Shown one piece after another: positions 25,340 through 36,428 of a DNA stretch of 64,000 nucleotides. A program made the translations under genes and the position numbers. Source of the DNA: Eledone cirrhosa (Eukaryota); NCBI GenBank assembly GCA_964016885.1, contig OZ024758.1, positions 25,420,001 to 25,484,000 of the forward strand, given 5' to 3'. The notes under the pieces are model-generated. The model was not told the origin of the DNA. It did no database searches and saw only the letters and a program-made list of their open reading frames with translations. How positions within the stretch are numbered: the first letter of the stretch is position 1; each line of letters starts with the position of its first letter.

Positions 25340-25670
25340 CTGAATTATGAACAAATGTGGTCCCATGTGCTGGCCGCCCCGGGGGCGACAATGGAGAAGG
25401 CGTTTCCCCGGAGGATGGGAAGGGAGATGTGCTGGAAGAGCCATTCCATCTCGCAAGGTCACACCTATGGCTAGTCAGCTCGGCGCCTATGTTTGTAAGT
25501 AGGGAGGTAGCCCTTGGGCCAAGGACACCAGAAGTCTCCACTGCTAGGGACTCGAATGCAAACCTGTCGGAGAGCAATTGATACTTGGAGAGTTTACCCT
25601 CCTCAGGCTGAAGTGCAGCAGAACTGGGGTTAGTCGCAGATTGCACCAAGTTACCATCCTTTCTCTCCAT
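25340..25670 (-). pseudogene. 3' fragment of a CRE-like non-LTR retrotransposon (restriction-like endonuclease end)
   Basis: FESLAVETSGVLGPRATSLL followed, after a frameshift, by WLFQHISLPILRGNA. This matches the AVETxG...QRISxxIQRGNA pattern. Locally GC-rich. Confidence 0.8.
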
Positions 25671-25679
25671 CCTTTGAGC

Positions 25680-26233
25680 TTAACCCTTTAACATTTACAT
25701 TACTATTGTATTTTCATGGTAAAGTCTTTCATCATCATCATCATCATCATCATTTTACGTCTGCTTTTCCCTGCTTGCAAGGGTGGGACGGGAACTGATT
25801 CTGGCTTGATTTCTACAGCTGGATGCCCTTCCTAACACCAACCTCATTTACAGTGAGTGCTGGGTGCTTTTTTGCCGTGGCACCTCCACGACCACTTTAC
25901 AGTGGAATGATAGGGACCCCAGTCCCTATCATCTCATTTCTACAGTTGAGTAAACTGGAGCAATGTGAAATAAAGTGTCTTGCTCAAGGAAACAACACAT
26001 CACCCGGTCTGAGAATGGAACTCACAACCTTTCGATTGCAAGGCCAATGCTCTAACCACTAAGACATATGCCTCCATTTATCTCATAATATTGAATCTAT
26101 GAGATTTTTTATATTATTTATATTGAGAACAATACCTTAACATAAGTATGAGTAGCTAGTTATGGCTGGTTTAAACAGAAAGAGGTGAAAGAATTCTGGC
26201 TGGATACAGCTGGTTTAAATGCTAAAGGGTTAA
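25680..26233 (+). mobile_element. piggyBac-type MITE containing SINE B (25731-26075, -)
   Basis: TTAACCCTTTAA...CTAAAGGGTTAA. Confidence 0.88.
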
Positions 26234-26683
26234 ACCTTTCAAAAGTTTTACTGAAAAGTCATTTCAATTTTGCTCGTTAAATAGTTAAATTTTTGATTTT
26301 CCTTGAATCCATTCGTGTGTGGTTTGAACGTATATCTCTTCATCTATCTTATAATATACAGTTTTACATCAGCTGTGTAGTTAATGGGTTTGAATAGCAA
26401 CGGAAAGGTCATAATTTCAAATTCAGTAACCAGCTGTATTATTCTATAAGCTTTCATCTAGCAAGCTGAATATAGATATCACCATTCCTCTACATCAAAA
26501 GACCGAGTGATGGCAATTCCAGAAAATCACTGAACCTTTTCCAAAATAGAAATGTTTGATGTAAAAATATTGGATAAGAAACTGAAAAAAAACTCTGTGT
26601 GTGTGCCTCCACATGTGACTATATGCATGATGGATGGATGGATAGCGAGAGAGAGAGAGAAATGTAAAACTAGGCTTTGTTTG

Positions 26684-27600
26684 TTAACCTTTTAGGATTT
26701 AAACCAGCCATATCTGGCCAGAATTCTCTCACCTCTAGTCGTAACGGGCCACTCATACTGGTATTAAGGTATTGTTCTCAAAATAAATAATATCAAAATC
26801 TCATGGATTTAATATTAGGTGAGGTAATTGTGTGAGGTAAAGCCTTTACTGTGAAAATGCAATAGTATATATAGAGTAATGTAAATGTTATGTGAGGTAA
26901 AGCCTTTACTGTGAAAATGCAATAGTATATATAGAGTAATGTAAATGTTATGTGAGGTAAAGCCTTTATTGTGAAAATACAATAGTATATATAGAGTAAT
27001 GTAAATGTTATGTGAGGTAAAGCCTTTATTGTGAAAATGCAATAGTATATATAGAGTAATGTAAATGTTATGTGAGGTAAAGCCTTTACTGTGAAAATGC
27101 AATAGTATATATAGAGTAATGTAAATGTTATGTGAGGTAAAGCCTTTACTGTGAAAATGCAATAGTATATATAGAGTAATGTAAATGTTATGTGAGGTAA
27201 AGCCTTTACTGTGAAAATGCAATAGTATATATAGAGTAATGTAAATGTTATGTGAGGTAAAGCCTTTACTGTGAAAATGCAATAGTATATATAGAGTAAT
27301 GTAAATGTTATGTGAGGTAAAGCCTTTATTGTGAAAATACAATAGTATATATAGAGTAATGTAAATGTTGTGTGAGGTAATTATGTGCAGTAAAGCCTTT
27401 ACTGTGAAAATACAATAGTATATATATAGAGTAATGTAAATGTTATGTGAGGTAATTATGTGAGGTAAAGCCTTTACTGTGAAAATACAATAGTATATAT
27501 AGAGTAATGCAAATGTTATGTGAGGTAATTCTGTGAGGTAAAGCCTTTACTGTGAAAATACAATAGTATATATAGAGTAATGCAAATGTTAAAGGGTTAA
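26684..27600 (-). mobile_element. piggyBac-type MITE expanded by a 60-bp tandem array (26828-27590)
   Basis: Intact TTAA/CC..GGG ends. The unit atgtgaggtaaagcctttactgtgaaaatgcaatagtatatatagagtaatgtaaatgtt occurs about 12 times. Confidence 0.93.
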
Positions 27601-27759
27601 ATGTTTTTTGCGGACTGGTATTGGTATTTTATTCTATCATTTTAACAAATTTATTTCAAGTTGTTCATCGAAAAAACACACGGTGTTTGTGGTGTTTATG
27701 AGGCTGTTTACTTGCAAACAAATCGAATATTAATAATATTATGATATTATTATATTATT

Positions 27760-28400
27760 TGGCAGTATCGGTAGAGGGTCAGATGCCATGCTTTGACACA
27801 TAGAGTTATGACCCTTGCCATTCTGAGTTCAAATCCCGTTGAAGTTAACTTTGCCTTTCATCCTTACAGGATCAATAAAATAAAGTACCAGTAATGCACT
27901 GGGGTAATTGCTGGCCTTGTGCCAACAGTAGAAACATTATTATTCACTCAAGAATAAGTATCCACCATGTTAAGAACGAAAACAAATTTTGTTTTTTTTT
28001 TCATTTCAAGTACATTTTGGGAATTTACATTTTCACACGACCCAGACTTTTCAAACATTAAAAAAACTTGTATATTAGATAAAGAGCTGACTAAAATTTA
28101 CAAATTTAGTGTTGTTTCTGCAATTTATACTCAATTGAAACATTAAAGTGTGGTTTTAAGTCTTTCATAATCATGTTCCTAATGAAATAATCTGTATTTG
28201 AATTAATGAAAAATGTGGAGGGCTTTACTAAATTTATTAATCCTTTTATTATTAAAATAGTATTTTTATAGCTCTTTACGTTGAGAGTTTAAATCCTGTC
28301 AGGGTTAGCTTTGCCTTTCATCCTTGTGGGGGTTGATAAAATAAAGCACCAGTAATGCACTGGGGTAATTGCTGGCCTTGTGCCAAAAGTAGAAACAATT
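27760..28400 (+). mobile_element. Two SINE A copies (27760-27940, 28280-28400)
   Basis: Core and tail motifs. Confidence 0.85.
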
Positions 28401-28678
28401 ATTAAGATAGTATTTGTAATAGAACTTAACAAAAGGTCTTAAGTCAAATTATTTTGGAAGATTTTTATTTAAAATAAGGCCCTCAAAATGGATGGTTTTA
28501 TTTCATAAAACCAGAGATGGTTTTTAGGCAGGTTGATAATCCAAATCCTGGGCCCTTTCACTCTTGTTGGAGGAACCCCCTGCTTGGTTGACCTCCACTG
28601 CTTTCTGTTTGTTCTTGGTCATGTCAGGGATGTAGCCGTACTCACCACACTTGGCCTATTGCAGGTTGATAAGGTTAT

Positions 28679-28906
28679 TTAACCCTTTAATGTTCAAACC
28701 GGCCAAAACCGGCCAGAATTCTCTACCTCTTTCTGTTGAAACTGGCTGTAACTGGTCACTCAAACTGATGTTAAGGTATTGTTCTGAAAATAAATACTTT
28801 CAAAATCTCATAGATTCGATATTATGTGAGATAATTATGCGAGGTAAAGCCTTTATCATGAAAATATAATAGTATATATAGAGTAATGTGAATGCTAAAG
28901 GGTTAA
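28679..28906 (-). mobile_element. Cleanest piggyBac-type MITE copy (220 bp)
   Basis: TTAA CCCTTTAATGTTCA ... TGAATGCTAAAGGG TTAA. Confidence 0.93.
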
Positions 28907-29847
28907 CCCCTAGTTAGGGTGGTTGGTCAAGTTATGCTGTAACACAGTGCAACCTGCTTCATGGTCCAGTGGTCAGCAATTAAACCAGCCACCCACCACA
29001 CTCTCATTCAGTGAGGAAGGTAACTAGAATCCCAGTAGGGCAAATGAACTCCCCAGAGTCAACAGTTGGGATTAAAAGGGTTAATATTGGTATAATGAAC
29101 ACATGCACAGTAATAATTGTTTCTAATTTTGGCACAAGGCCAGCAATTACCCAATGCATTACTGGTACTTTATTCTATCGACCCCGGAAGGATGAAAGTA
29201 ATAATGAATGCTAAATGATTTGTTAGGTTTTCAGTCTTTGTCGCAGCCAGGTGTTTGAATCTTGCTGCACAGGTGTTGTATTAAACTTATCTTAAAGATT
29301 CTTACTGACCTAGCCCACCTGACCATAAATAGGTACCGTAATGAGGTAGAGTTCATAGCTGTATCAAGTAGAGTTCATAGCTGTATCAAGTAGAGTTCAT
29401 AGCTGTATCAAGTAGACTATCTGATGAACAAATGTTTCATTAATCGTATTTCGTACCATAAAAGACTGCTTATTATTTTCAAATGATGTTTAATATAATC
29501 TAGAAATTGGAGACATTTAGTAATATAACTAATTTCTCATTATTAGTCTAGTGTTTAAGGGTGGTGGATTGCAGTATCGGAGTGTTGGACATTCTGCTTC
29601 GCAGCATAGTTAGCCTTTGCATTCTGAGTTCAAATCTCACCAAGGCTAGCTTTGTTCTTTCACCACTTCCTTCACTTAAAAAAAAAAAAGCTTCAAGCGC
29701 AAGCATCACTTGATCTAAATAACTTTCACGTGTGTTATACGAGAGCATGGACTTTTCTTTTTTCTTTCACTGCAACATGGGAATCATGGCAATGCTAAAA
29801 AGTCATGTTCCTGCCAACTATGTATGAGTAAGTGGTCAAGGGATAAC

Positions 29848-29923
29848 AATTCTCGAAATCAAGATGTAGCCATTATATATATATATGTATATATATAATG
29901 GCTACATCTTCATTTCGAGAATT
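29848..29923. repeat. Inverted repeat centred on (TA)n
   Basis: aattctcgaaat-c-aagatgtagccatta ... taatggctacatctt-c-atttcgagaatt. Confidence 0.9.
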
Positions 29924-29929
29924 ACTAAA

Positions 29930-30113
29930 GGGCGGTGAATTGGCAGTATCGGTAGAGGGTCGGACATGCTTTCCAGCATAGTTACCTCCCTTTACAATCT
30001 GAGTTCAAATCCCGTGGAGGTTAACTTTGCCTTTCATCCTTACGAGGTCGATAAAATAAAGTACCAGTAATGTACTGGGTATTTGCTGGCCTTGTGCCAA
30101 AAGTAGAAACAAT
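29930..30113 (+). mobile_element. SINE family A
   Basis: Full head-core-tail. Confidence 0.9.
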
Positions 30114-30126
30114 TATATATATATAT

Positions 30127-30848
30127 CATCATCATCATCATCACCGTTTTACGTCCGTTCTTCCAAGCTAGCATGGGTTAGACGGGTTGTCCTGTTGTGG
30201 GCAGTGTCTGGTCGGCTGACCATGCCTTGCTCATGCAGGAACTGATTTGGCTTGATTTCTACAGCTGGATGCCCTTCCTAACACCAACCTCATTTACAGT
30301 GAGTGCTGGGTGCTTTTTCGTGGCGCCTACACGTCCACTTTACAGTGTGGGCTGGGTGCTTTTTGCCGTGGCACTGCCACAACCACCTTGCAGTGGGAGG
30401 GTGTGGGGGCATATTGTCTATATGCTTCAGCTTGTACCCATGGGAGGTCGGGTACTCTGTATTACTGCGTGACGCCAGAGGTCACGGTCATGTGTCATCG
30501 CCTTTGAGAGATGTAATTGGGTAAGGTCGGCTTTTATCACCTCATCCCAGGTCATCTTGGGTCTCCCCACTCCACGGTTTCCATCGACTTCTAGTGCTCT
30601 GCACCTTTTTATGCAGCTGTCATCCTTCATACGCATCACATGTTCATACCAACGCAACCGCCTCTCCTGCACACAGCATTTGATTCCTCTTATGTTCAGT
30701 CTCTCTCTCAATTCATTTATGCTTTGTCGTTCGCGTATATTACTATTACACATCCATCGGAGCATGCAGGCTTCATTTCTCTCTAATCTACGTAAGTCTT
30801 CCACCTTCAGCGCCCAGGTCTCACTACCATGCAACATCGCTGTTCGTA
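30127..30848 (-). mobile_element. RTE LINE 3' fragment (second subfamily; donor-like for the SINE B tail)
   Basis: ORF 30427-30848 with MLHGSETW, RRLRWY and GRPKMTW. The 3'UTR shares aaatgaggttggtgttaggaagggcatccagctgtagaaatcaagcc with SINE B. Confidence 0.92.
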
Positions 30849-30859
30849 TATATATATAC

Positions 30860-30961
30860 ATGAGGGTGTCCTCAAAAATGTATACACACTTCAACAGCAT
30901 TCTAATGATTATTGCCTGTACAGGTAATCAAAGTGTGTATACATTTTTTTAGGACATCCTG
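30860..30961. mobile_element. Tc1/mariner-type MITE (second copy)
   Basis: Same body as 23386-23484, in a TA context. Confidence 0.82.
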
Positions 30962-31113
30962 TATATATATAAACATATGTATATATGTATGTCTATGTGT
31001 ATATATGTATATGTGTGTGTGTATGCCAGTATTATGACCATTTGCAAAATATTATATATTCTAGTTTATTTAACTTTATTTTTTATTCTGTGAATATCTT
31101 CTTATAATTTCAG

Positions 31114-31264
31114 GCTGGAGACCTCCTCTTTAATGGGAAAAAATATAACATTCAGCGTTTAAATCAAGGTACTAAAGATCTTGACTTAACATCTCCATTC
31201 GCACATATAATATTTAAAAATAAAGTCAATGAGACATCAAACCATTCCTACTGTGAGACACATG
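31114..31264 (+). CDS. Internal host exon, probable ADAM/ADAMTS-type (reprolysin M12B) propeptide
   Basis: Pyrimidine-rich tttcAG acceptor and G|GTAAGT donor. Open in phase 0 to 1: AGDLLFNGKKYNIQRLNQGTKDLDLTSPFAHIIFKNKVNETSNHSYCETH, resembling G.F....Y.I.P......H.IY....C(G) of reprolysin prodomains. Confidence 0.72.
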
Positions 31265-31439
31265 GTAAGTTATTCCAATTTATTAACTTATGTATAAAAG
31301 GAAATGACATCATTGATCCTATTGGATATGTAACACATACTTTAACCCTTTAGCATTTAAACTGGCCAAAATTCTCTCACCTTTTTTGTTCAAAGTGGCC
31401 ATAATTGACCACTCATACTGATGTTAAGGTGTTGTTTTC

Positions 31440-32143
31440 AAGACACTACATCCTTTAACAGCAAGATTAACCTTTCATTACTTCCTTCACTTAAAAAAGC
31501 TTCATGGATACATTGAAGCTCCAATATCTGGCAACTAAATTGGTAAACACCCACAAAATGACTAACCATCTTGCCAACAACCACCCTGAACACCTTTTTG
31601 ATTTCCATATGTCTAACACATGTGGGCATGCCAACAAAGTCAGAAAACAGCACAGCTCCCATGACTTTCGGAAACATTTTTTCACACTCTGTTGCTGAAG
31701 CATGGAACAAACTACCTGTATCAGTTGTTAGCTGTTGAGACACTGCATCCTTCAAAACCTCCATGGAACAGTCTACCTGCATCAGTTGTTAGCTGTCGAG
31801 ACACTGCATCCTTTAAAACCTCCATGTAACAGTCTACCTGCATCAGTTGTTAGCTGTCGAGACACTGCATCCTTTAAAACCTCCATGGAACAGTCTACCT
31901 GCATCAGTTGTTAGCTGTCGAGACACTGCATCCTTTAAAACCTCCATGCTTCCTGGAATTCGCCAACACTACACCTGATATCCCCCCTCCATACACACGC
32001 ACACATGTATCTGTGTGTATATCATGACTCATACACTGTTCTCTTTCCTGACATTTGTACATTATTCTATGTACTATTCATGCACCTTTGATGAGTTGTA
32101 GTGCACCTGAGTACTGTACACAATAATTTCATTATTATTATTA
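31440..32143 (+). mobile_element. CR1/L2-type LINE 3' fragment with 62-bp internal tandem (x4)
   Basis: RKHFFTL..AEAWNKLP.SVVS...ASFK motif, 3'UTR and (ATT)n tail. Confidence 0.85.
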
Positions 32144-32147
32144 TATA

Positions 32148-32839
32148 CAGGGTGCGGACGATATTTGTTCGCAAGATTACTGTCTAGGAAAAAATAACAC
32201 AGTAGTTTTATTTTTTAAGATATATTTATCAAACTTGGGTAAGTTTGTCTTCATAACTTGTTCTTTCGATCTCACTCGATAAACCCGCCATTGGCTTTGA
32301 TGACGGCCTCAAGGCGGCCTCGGAACTGGCTACAGGCCTTCGTCACTGTCCCCCGACTTAGGCCCCTAAAGGCACTTGTGATCCTGGCCTTCAGATCGTC
32401 TTTCGTATTGCAGCTAGATCTGTTGGTGTCTCGTTCCACTGCACCCCACACAAAGAAGTCGAGGGGGTTGCAGTCAGGCGAGCTGGGAGGCCAGATGTCA
32501 GGTGAAGTGAGGTGGCATGACATCACTTAAGACCAATGTTGTCGCTGGAAACTTTGTCTGCATGACTCTGGGCATGTCTTTGGATGAGACAGCGAGCTAC
32601 CTGTTGTTCTGGGAGTTGATCTTCTGGTCTTATTTGTCCTCCCGGCACGGATTCCAAGAAGAACTCCGTGTCTCTTCCACAAATTTGGAGGTTCAAAATT
32701 ATTCATAATCAATTATTCTGAAAATAAATAATGGAAATATAGTCACTGTTTTTATGAAGACAAGAGTGACAACGGAAGTTAAAAAAATGTGCATAAAATT
32801 AGCAGTTGAAAATTGTGAACAAATATCGTCCACACCCTA
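32148..32839 (-). mobile_element. Internally deleted Tc1/mariner (maT/rosa-like) DNA transposon
   Basis: TIRs cagggtgcggacgatatttgttc / gaacaaatatcgtccacaccct with TA flanks. Transposase C-terminus WPPSSPDCNPLDFFVW...GGFIE lies at 32272-32526. Confidence 0.93.
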
Positions 32840-32843
32840 TATA

Positions 32844-32924
<81 letters not shown>

Positions 32925-33084
32925 ATACTTTGGGAGGGTCATGTTGCCAATAAGAAACACACGCACCAGTTGCTTTCACTTCAATTTATTATATATTTAT
33001 AAATTTATAAATTTACAAATTTACAAACCTATAAATTTCTGGTTGGTTGGTTGGTTCCACAACCAGATAGTTGTTTATATATAT

Positions 33085-33129
33085 AGTCATAGTCCTTTCG
33101 TCACACACTCTGTGACCTCTTCAGTGACT
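33085..33129 (-). ncRNA. Minimal type I hammerhead ribozyme (left, inverted arm)
   Basis: Exact reverse complement of 34988-35032. Confidence 0.78.
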
Positions 33130-33528
33130 GGAGATTCCTTTCTTCGTTTCTGTGCCTTTCCTTTCTTCTATCCTACGCCATTTTGTTTCTGTGTGTGTGT
33201 TGTGTGCTCAGTTTGCGCATGCGCCACATCCGGGTGTCTGAGTGTGTTTGTCTTCATTTTTCTATTTTTCTATTTATATTTTTCTATTTGTTTATTTATT
33301 TATTTATTTATTGTTGGTTGGTTGTTTGTTCTATGTGTGTGTGTGTTTTCATTTTGTCCTGTGTGTGTTTTCATTTTGTGTGTGTTTTCAATTGTAAGTT
33401 GTTTGTTCTATGTGTGTGTGTTTTCATTTTGTCCTTAATTGTAAGTTGTGATGTTGCTGTTCCACTCATATTTTCAATTTAATTTTGGTTTTAATTCTTT
33501 TATATCGTTTTATATCGTTTTAATTCGT

Positions 33529-34653
33529 TTATATCGCTACGTAGATGATATAAACATCGTAGTTAAGACACCCCCACTAAAGAACAGTCAGGAACTAGAG
33601 AAAAACACAATGGAAAGCATCCAGCAAATAGCAAACTCCATCCACCAGAGCATTAGAGTTACTATAGACTACCCAAGTAGACACCCCAACCATCGATTAC
33701 CTGTACTAGACACAGAGCTCTGGTTAGATACCATTAACAACCAAAAACAAATCCTCCATTCCCATTATGCCAAACCCATGACTTCCAAACATCTGATCCA
33801 CCGAAACTCGGCCATTTCGGACCATACCAAAATCAACATACTGATTGCGGATTTGGTACGGGTGATGAGAAATGTGTCCCGCATGTGCAACCCCGAAGAA
33901 CTAGAGAGACACATACAACACTTCATCCACCGTATGCAGTTCTCTGGCTACAATCAGAGAGATAGAATCAGAGTGTATAAAGGAGCCAGAACCAAATGGG
34001 AAAAAATGGTAAATAATGACATAAATGGGACCTGCCCCTTGTATAGGAGCAAATTTTGGAATAGAATAGAAAGAACTAGGAACAAGGCCAATAGAATAAA
34101 CTCATGGTATGATAGCAATAAATACCAGAGTGTAATGTTCATCAATACAACCCCTAGAGGCGAACTAGCCTACAAATTTAGAAGGGCCCTAAATAAACAT
34201 AATCTCAATATTAAGATAGTAGAAAGACCTGGTACCTCCGTAAAAACACTTATTAGCAAGACATACCCGTTCCAAAGACCCTCATGTATAGATAAGAAAT
34301 GTATAACCTGTAAAATAAGCCCCCATATTAACTGTAAAACTAGAAATGTAGTGTATAGCATAAGATGTACTGAAGGACAATGTAGAAACAAAAATATAGT
34401 GTACATAGGTGAGACAGCTCGTAGTATAGGGGAACGAATAAATGAACACTGGCGAGACCTCCAAGATAATAAAGAATCATCTGTGCTCTACCAACATGCT
34501 AAGATAGAACACAGGGGTAGATTAGAGAGCATAGAAATAAAAATAGAATCCACACACAGAAAAGACGCAATGTTTAGGCAAATTACAGAGGCAGTAAGCA
34601 TAAAAGAATTAAAACCAAAATTAAAACCAAAATTAAATAGAAAATATGAGTGA
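33529..34653 (+). pseudogene. PLE RT (YVDD, thumb), Cys linker and GIY-YIG endonuclease; N-terminally truncated
   Basis: RYVDD, LPVLD, YAKPM, MQFSGY, CxxxxCxxC..C, NVVYSIRC, YIGET.R...R..EH, and E.V.I...LN motifs. Confidence 0.93.
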
Positions 34654-34987
34654 AACAGCAACATCACAACTTACAATTAAGGACAAAATGAAAACACACA
34701 CACACATAGAACAAACAACTTACAATTGAAAACACACACAAAATGAAAACACACACAGGACAAAATGAAAACACACACACACATAGAACAAACAACCAAC
34801 CAACAATAAATAAATAAATAAATAAACAAATAGAAAAATATAAATAGAAAAATAGAAAAATGAACACAAACACACACAGACACCCGGATGTGGCGCATGC
34901 GCAAACTGAGCACACAACACACACACAGAAACAAAATGGCGTAGGATAGAAGAAAGGAAAGGCACAGAAACGAAGAAAGGAATCCCC

Positions 34988-35032
34988 AGTCACTGAAGAG
35001 GTCACAGAGTGTGTGACGAAAGGACTATGACT
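34988..35032 (+). ncRNA. Minimal type I hammerhead ribozyme (right arm)
   Basis: agtca CTGAAGA g gtcaca gagtg tgtgac GAAA g ga c TA tgact: stem I 5 bp, stem II 6 bp, vestigial stem III. Confidence 0.8.
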
Positions 35033-35676
35033 ATATATATAAACAACTATCTGGTTGTGGAACCAACCAACCAGAAATTTATAGGTTTGTAAATTTGTAA
35101 ATTTATAAACTTATAAATATATAATAAATTGAAGTGAAAGCAACTGGTGCGTGTGTTTCTTATTGGCAACATGACCCTCCCAAAGTATAACAATATCAGT
35201 TTCAACACACGATTTCAGATAAAGAATCTTGCTAAACAAATTCAGAAACGAAATATATATATATGTGAATGCCGAACCACGAATATGGGGGAGTACACTG
35301 TATATATTTCGACCAAGGTTGTCAATTTAATTTTTTAATGGATATTTGATTCCTATTAGACATGGGTTAATTATAGAGAATGGCTCAAAGAGGTTTTATT
35401 AATTACCCACTAAATCGCCTGTTGACCTTCTGACATCTTCCTTACAATATTACTGTGAGATTGAAGTGAACCAAGATTTAACATATCAACAAGTGAACTA
35501 ACCAGATATATGATATCTAAGCATTAAATTTAGGCTGTATTGCAATACTAATCTACTTGAGAAAAGTCAAATGAAATGTGTGGAGTTATGTAAGAACTAA
35601 TGTAAATACTTTAAAATCTACAAGCTGTGCCATGATTTTGTTTATTTTTTCTTTTACCAGTCTATATTATATATAT

Positions 35677-36059
35677 CATTTTCATCATTTTACGTCCGCG
35701 TTTCCCTGCTTGCAAGGGTGGGACAGGAACTGATTCTGGCTTGATTTCTACAGCTGGATGCCCTTCCTAACGCCAACCTCATTTACAGTCAGTGCCGGGT
35801 GCTTTTTTTCCATGGCGCCTACACGTCCACTTTACAGTGTGGGCTGGGTGCTTTTTTGCTGTGGCACCTCCACGACCACTTTGCAGTGGAATGATAGGGA
35901 CCCCAGTTCCCAGCATCTCATTTCTACAGCTGAGTAAACTGGAGCAATGTGAAATAAAGTGTCTTGCTCAAGGAAACAACACATCACCCGGTCGGAGAAT
36001 TGAACTCTCAACCTTTCGATTGCAAGGCCAATGCTCTAACCACTAAGCCATGTGCCTCC
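35677..36059 (-). mobile_element. SINE family B
   Basis: Full-length, with TA flanks. Confidence 0.92.
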
Positions 36060-36099
36060 ATATATATAAAAAATAAAAAGGCAGCAAATATGCAGTCAT

Positions 36100-36428
36100 T
36101 AGAACGCTGGATAGAAGGCTTTGTGTTATTTGTTCTGTCCCTGCTCTCTCAGTTAAAACCCTGTTACAGTCAAATTTGCCTCTCATCCTTTCAAGGTCAA
36201 TAAAAAAAAAAGTACCAGTCTAGGACTGCAGTAGATTCTTCCTCTCTCTCCTTCTCACTCCCCCCTCTCTCACTCCCCACTCTCTCTCCTTCTCTGTAAG
36301 AAATCTGCTGTATTCACGCCTGGAGAGGAGATGGACTCTGTCAGGTTTTAAAATGCCCAAGAAATGGTGTATGTCACTACAGCCCCCCCCCCCCCCCCCT
36401 ACGGCTCCATCAGGAGTTACGGAATCAT
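36100..36428 (+). mobile_element. SINE family C
   Basis: Degenerate core plus the tail shared with 12570, 57358 and 57740. Confidence 0.72.

Larger units (their letters stand above)
32917..35256 (+). mobile_element. Penelope-like element (Naiad-like), 5'-truncated with inverted pseudo-LTR
   Basis: 32917-33503 is the reverse complement of 34600-35195. The central ORF encodes RT and GIY-YIG, a hammerhead lies in each arm, and the flanks are (TA)n. Confidence 0.95.

Noticed and set aside
32806-33482. Hydrophobic membrane-protein-like ORFs
   Set aside because: Antisense reading of the A/C-rich PLE 3' region.
34651-34653. TGA as selenocysteine, as reported for some Naiad PLEs
   Set aside because: It sits at a Trp position (TGG in the inverted arm), all Cys codons in the ORF are ordinary, and no SECIS was recognised.
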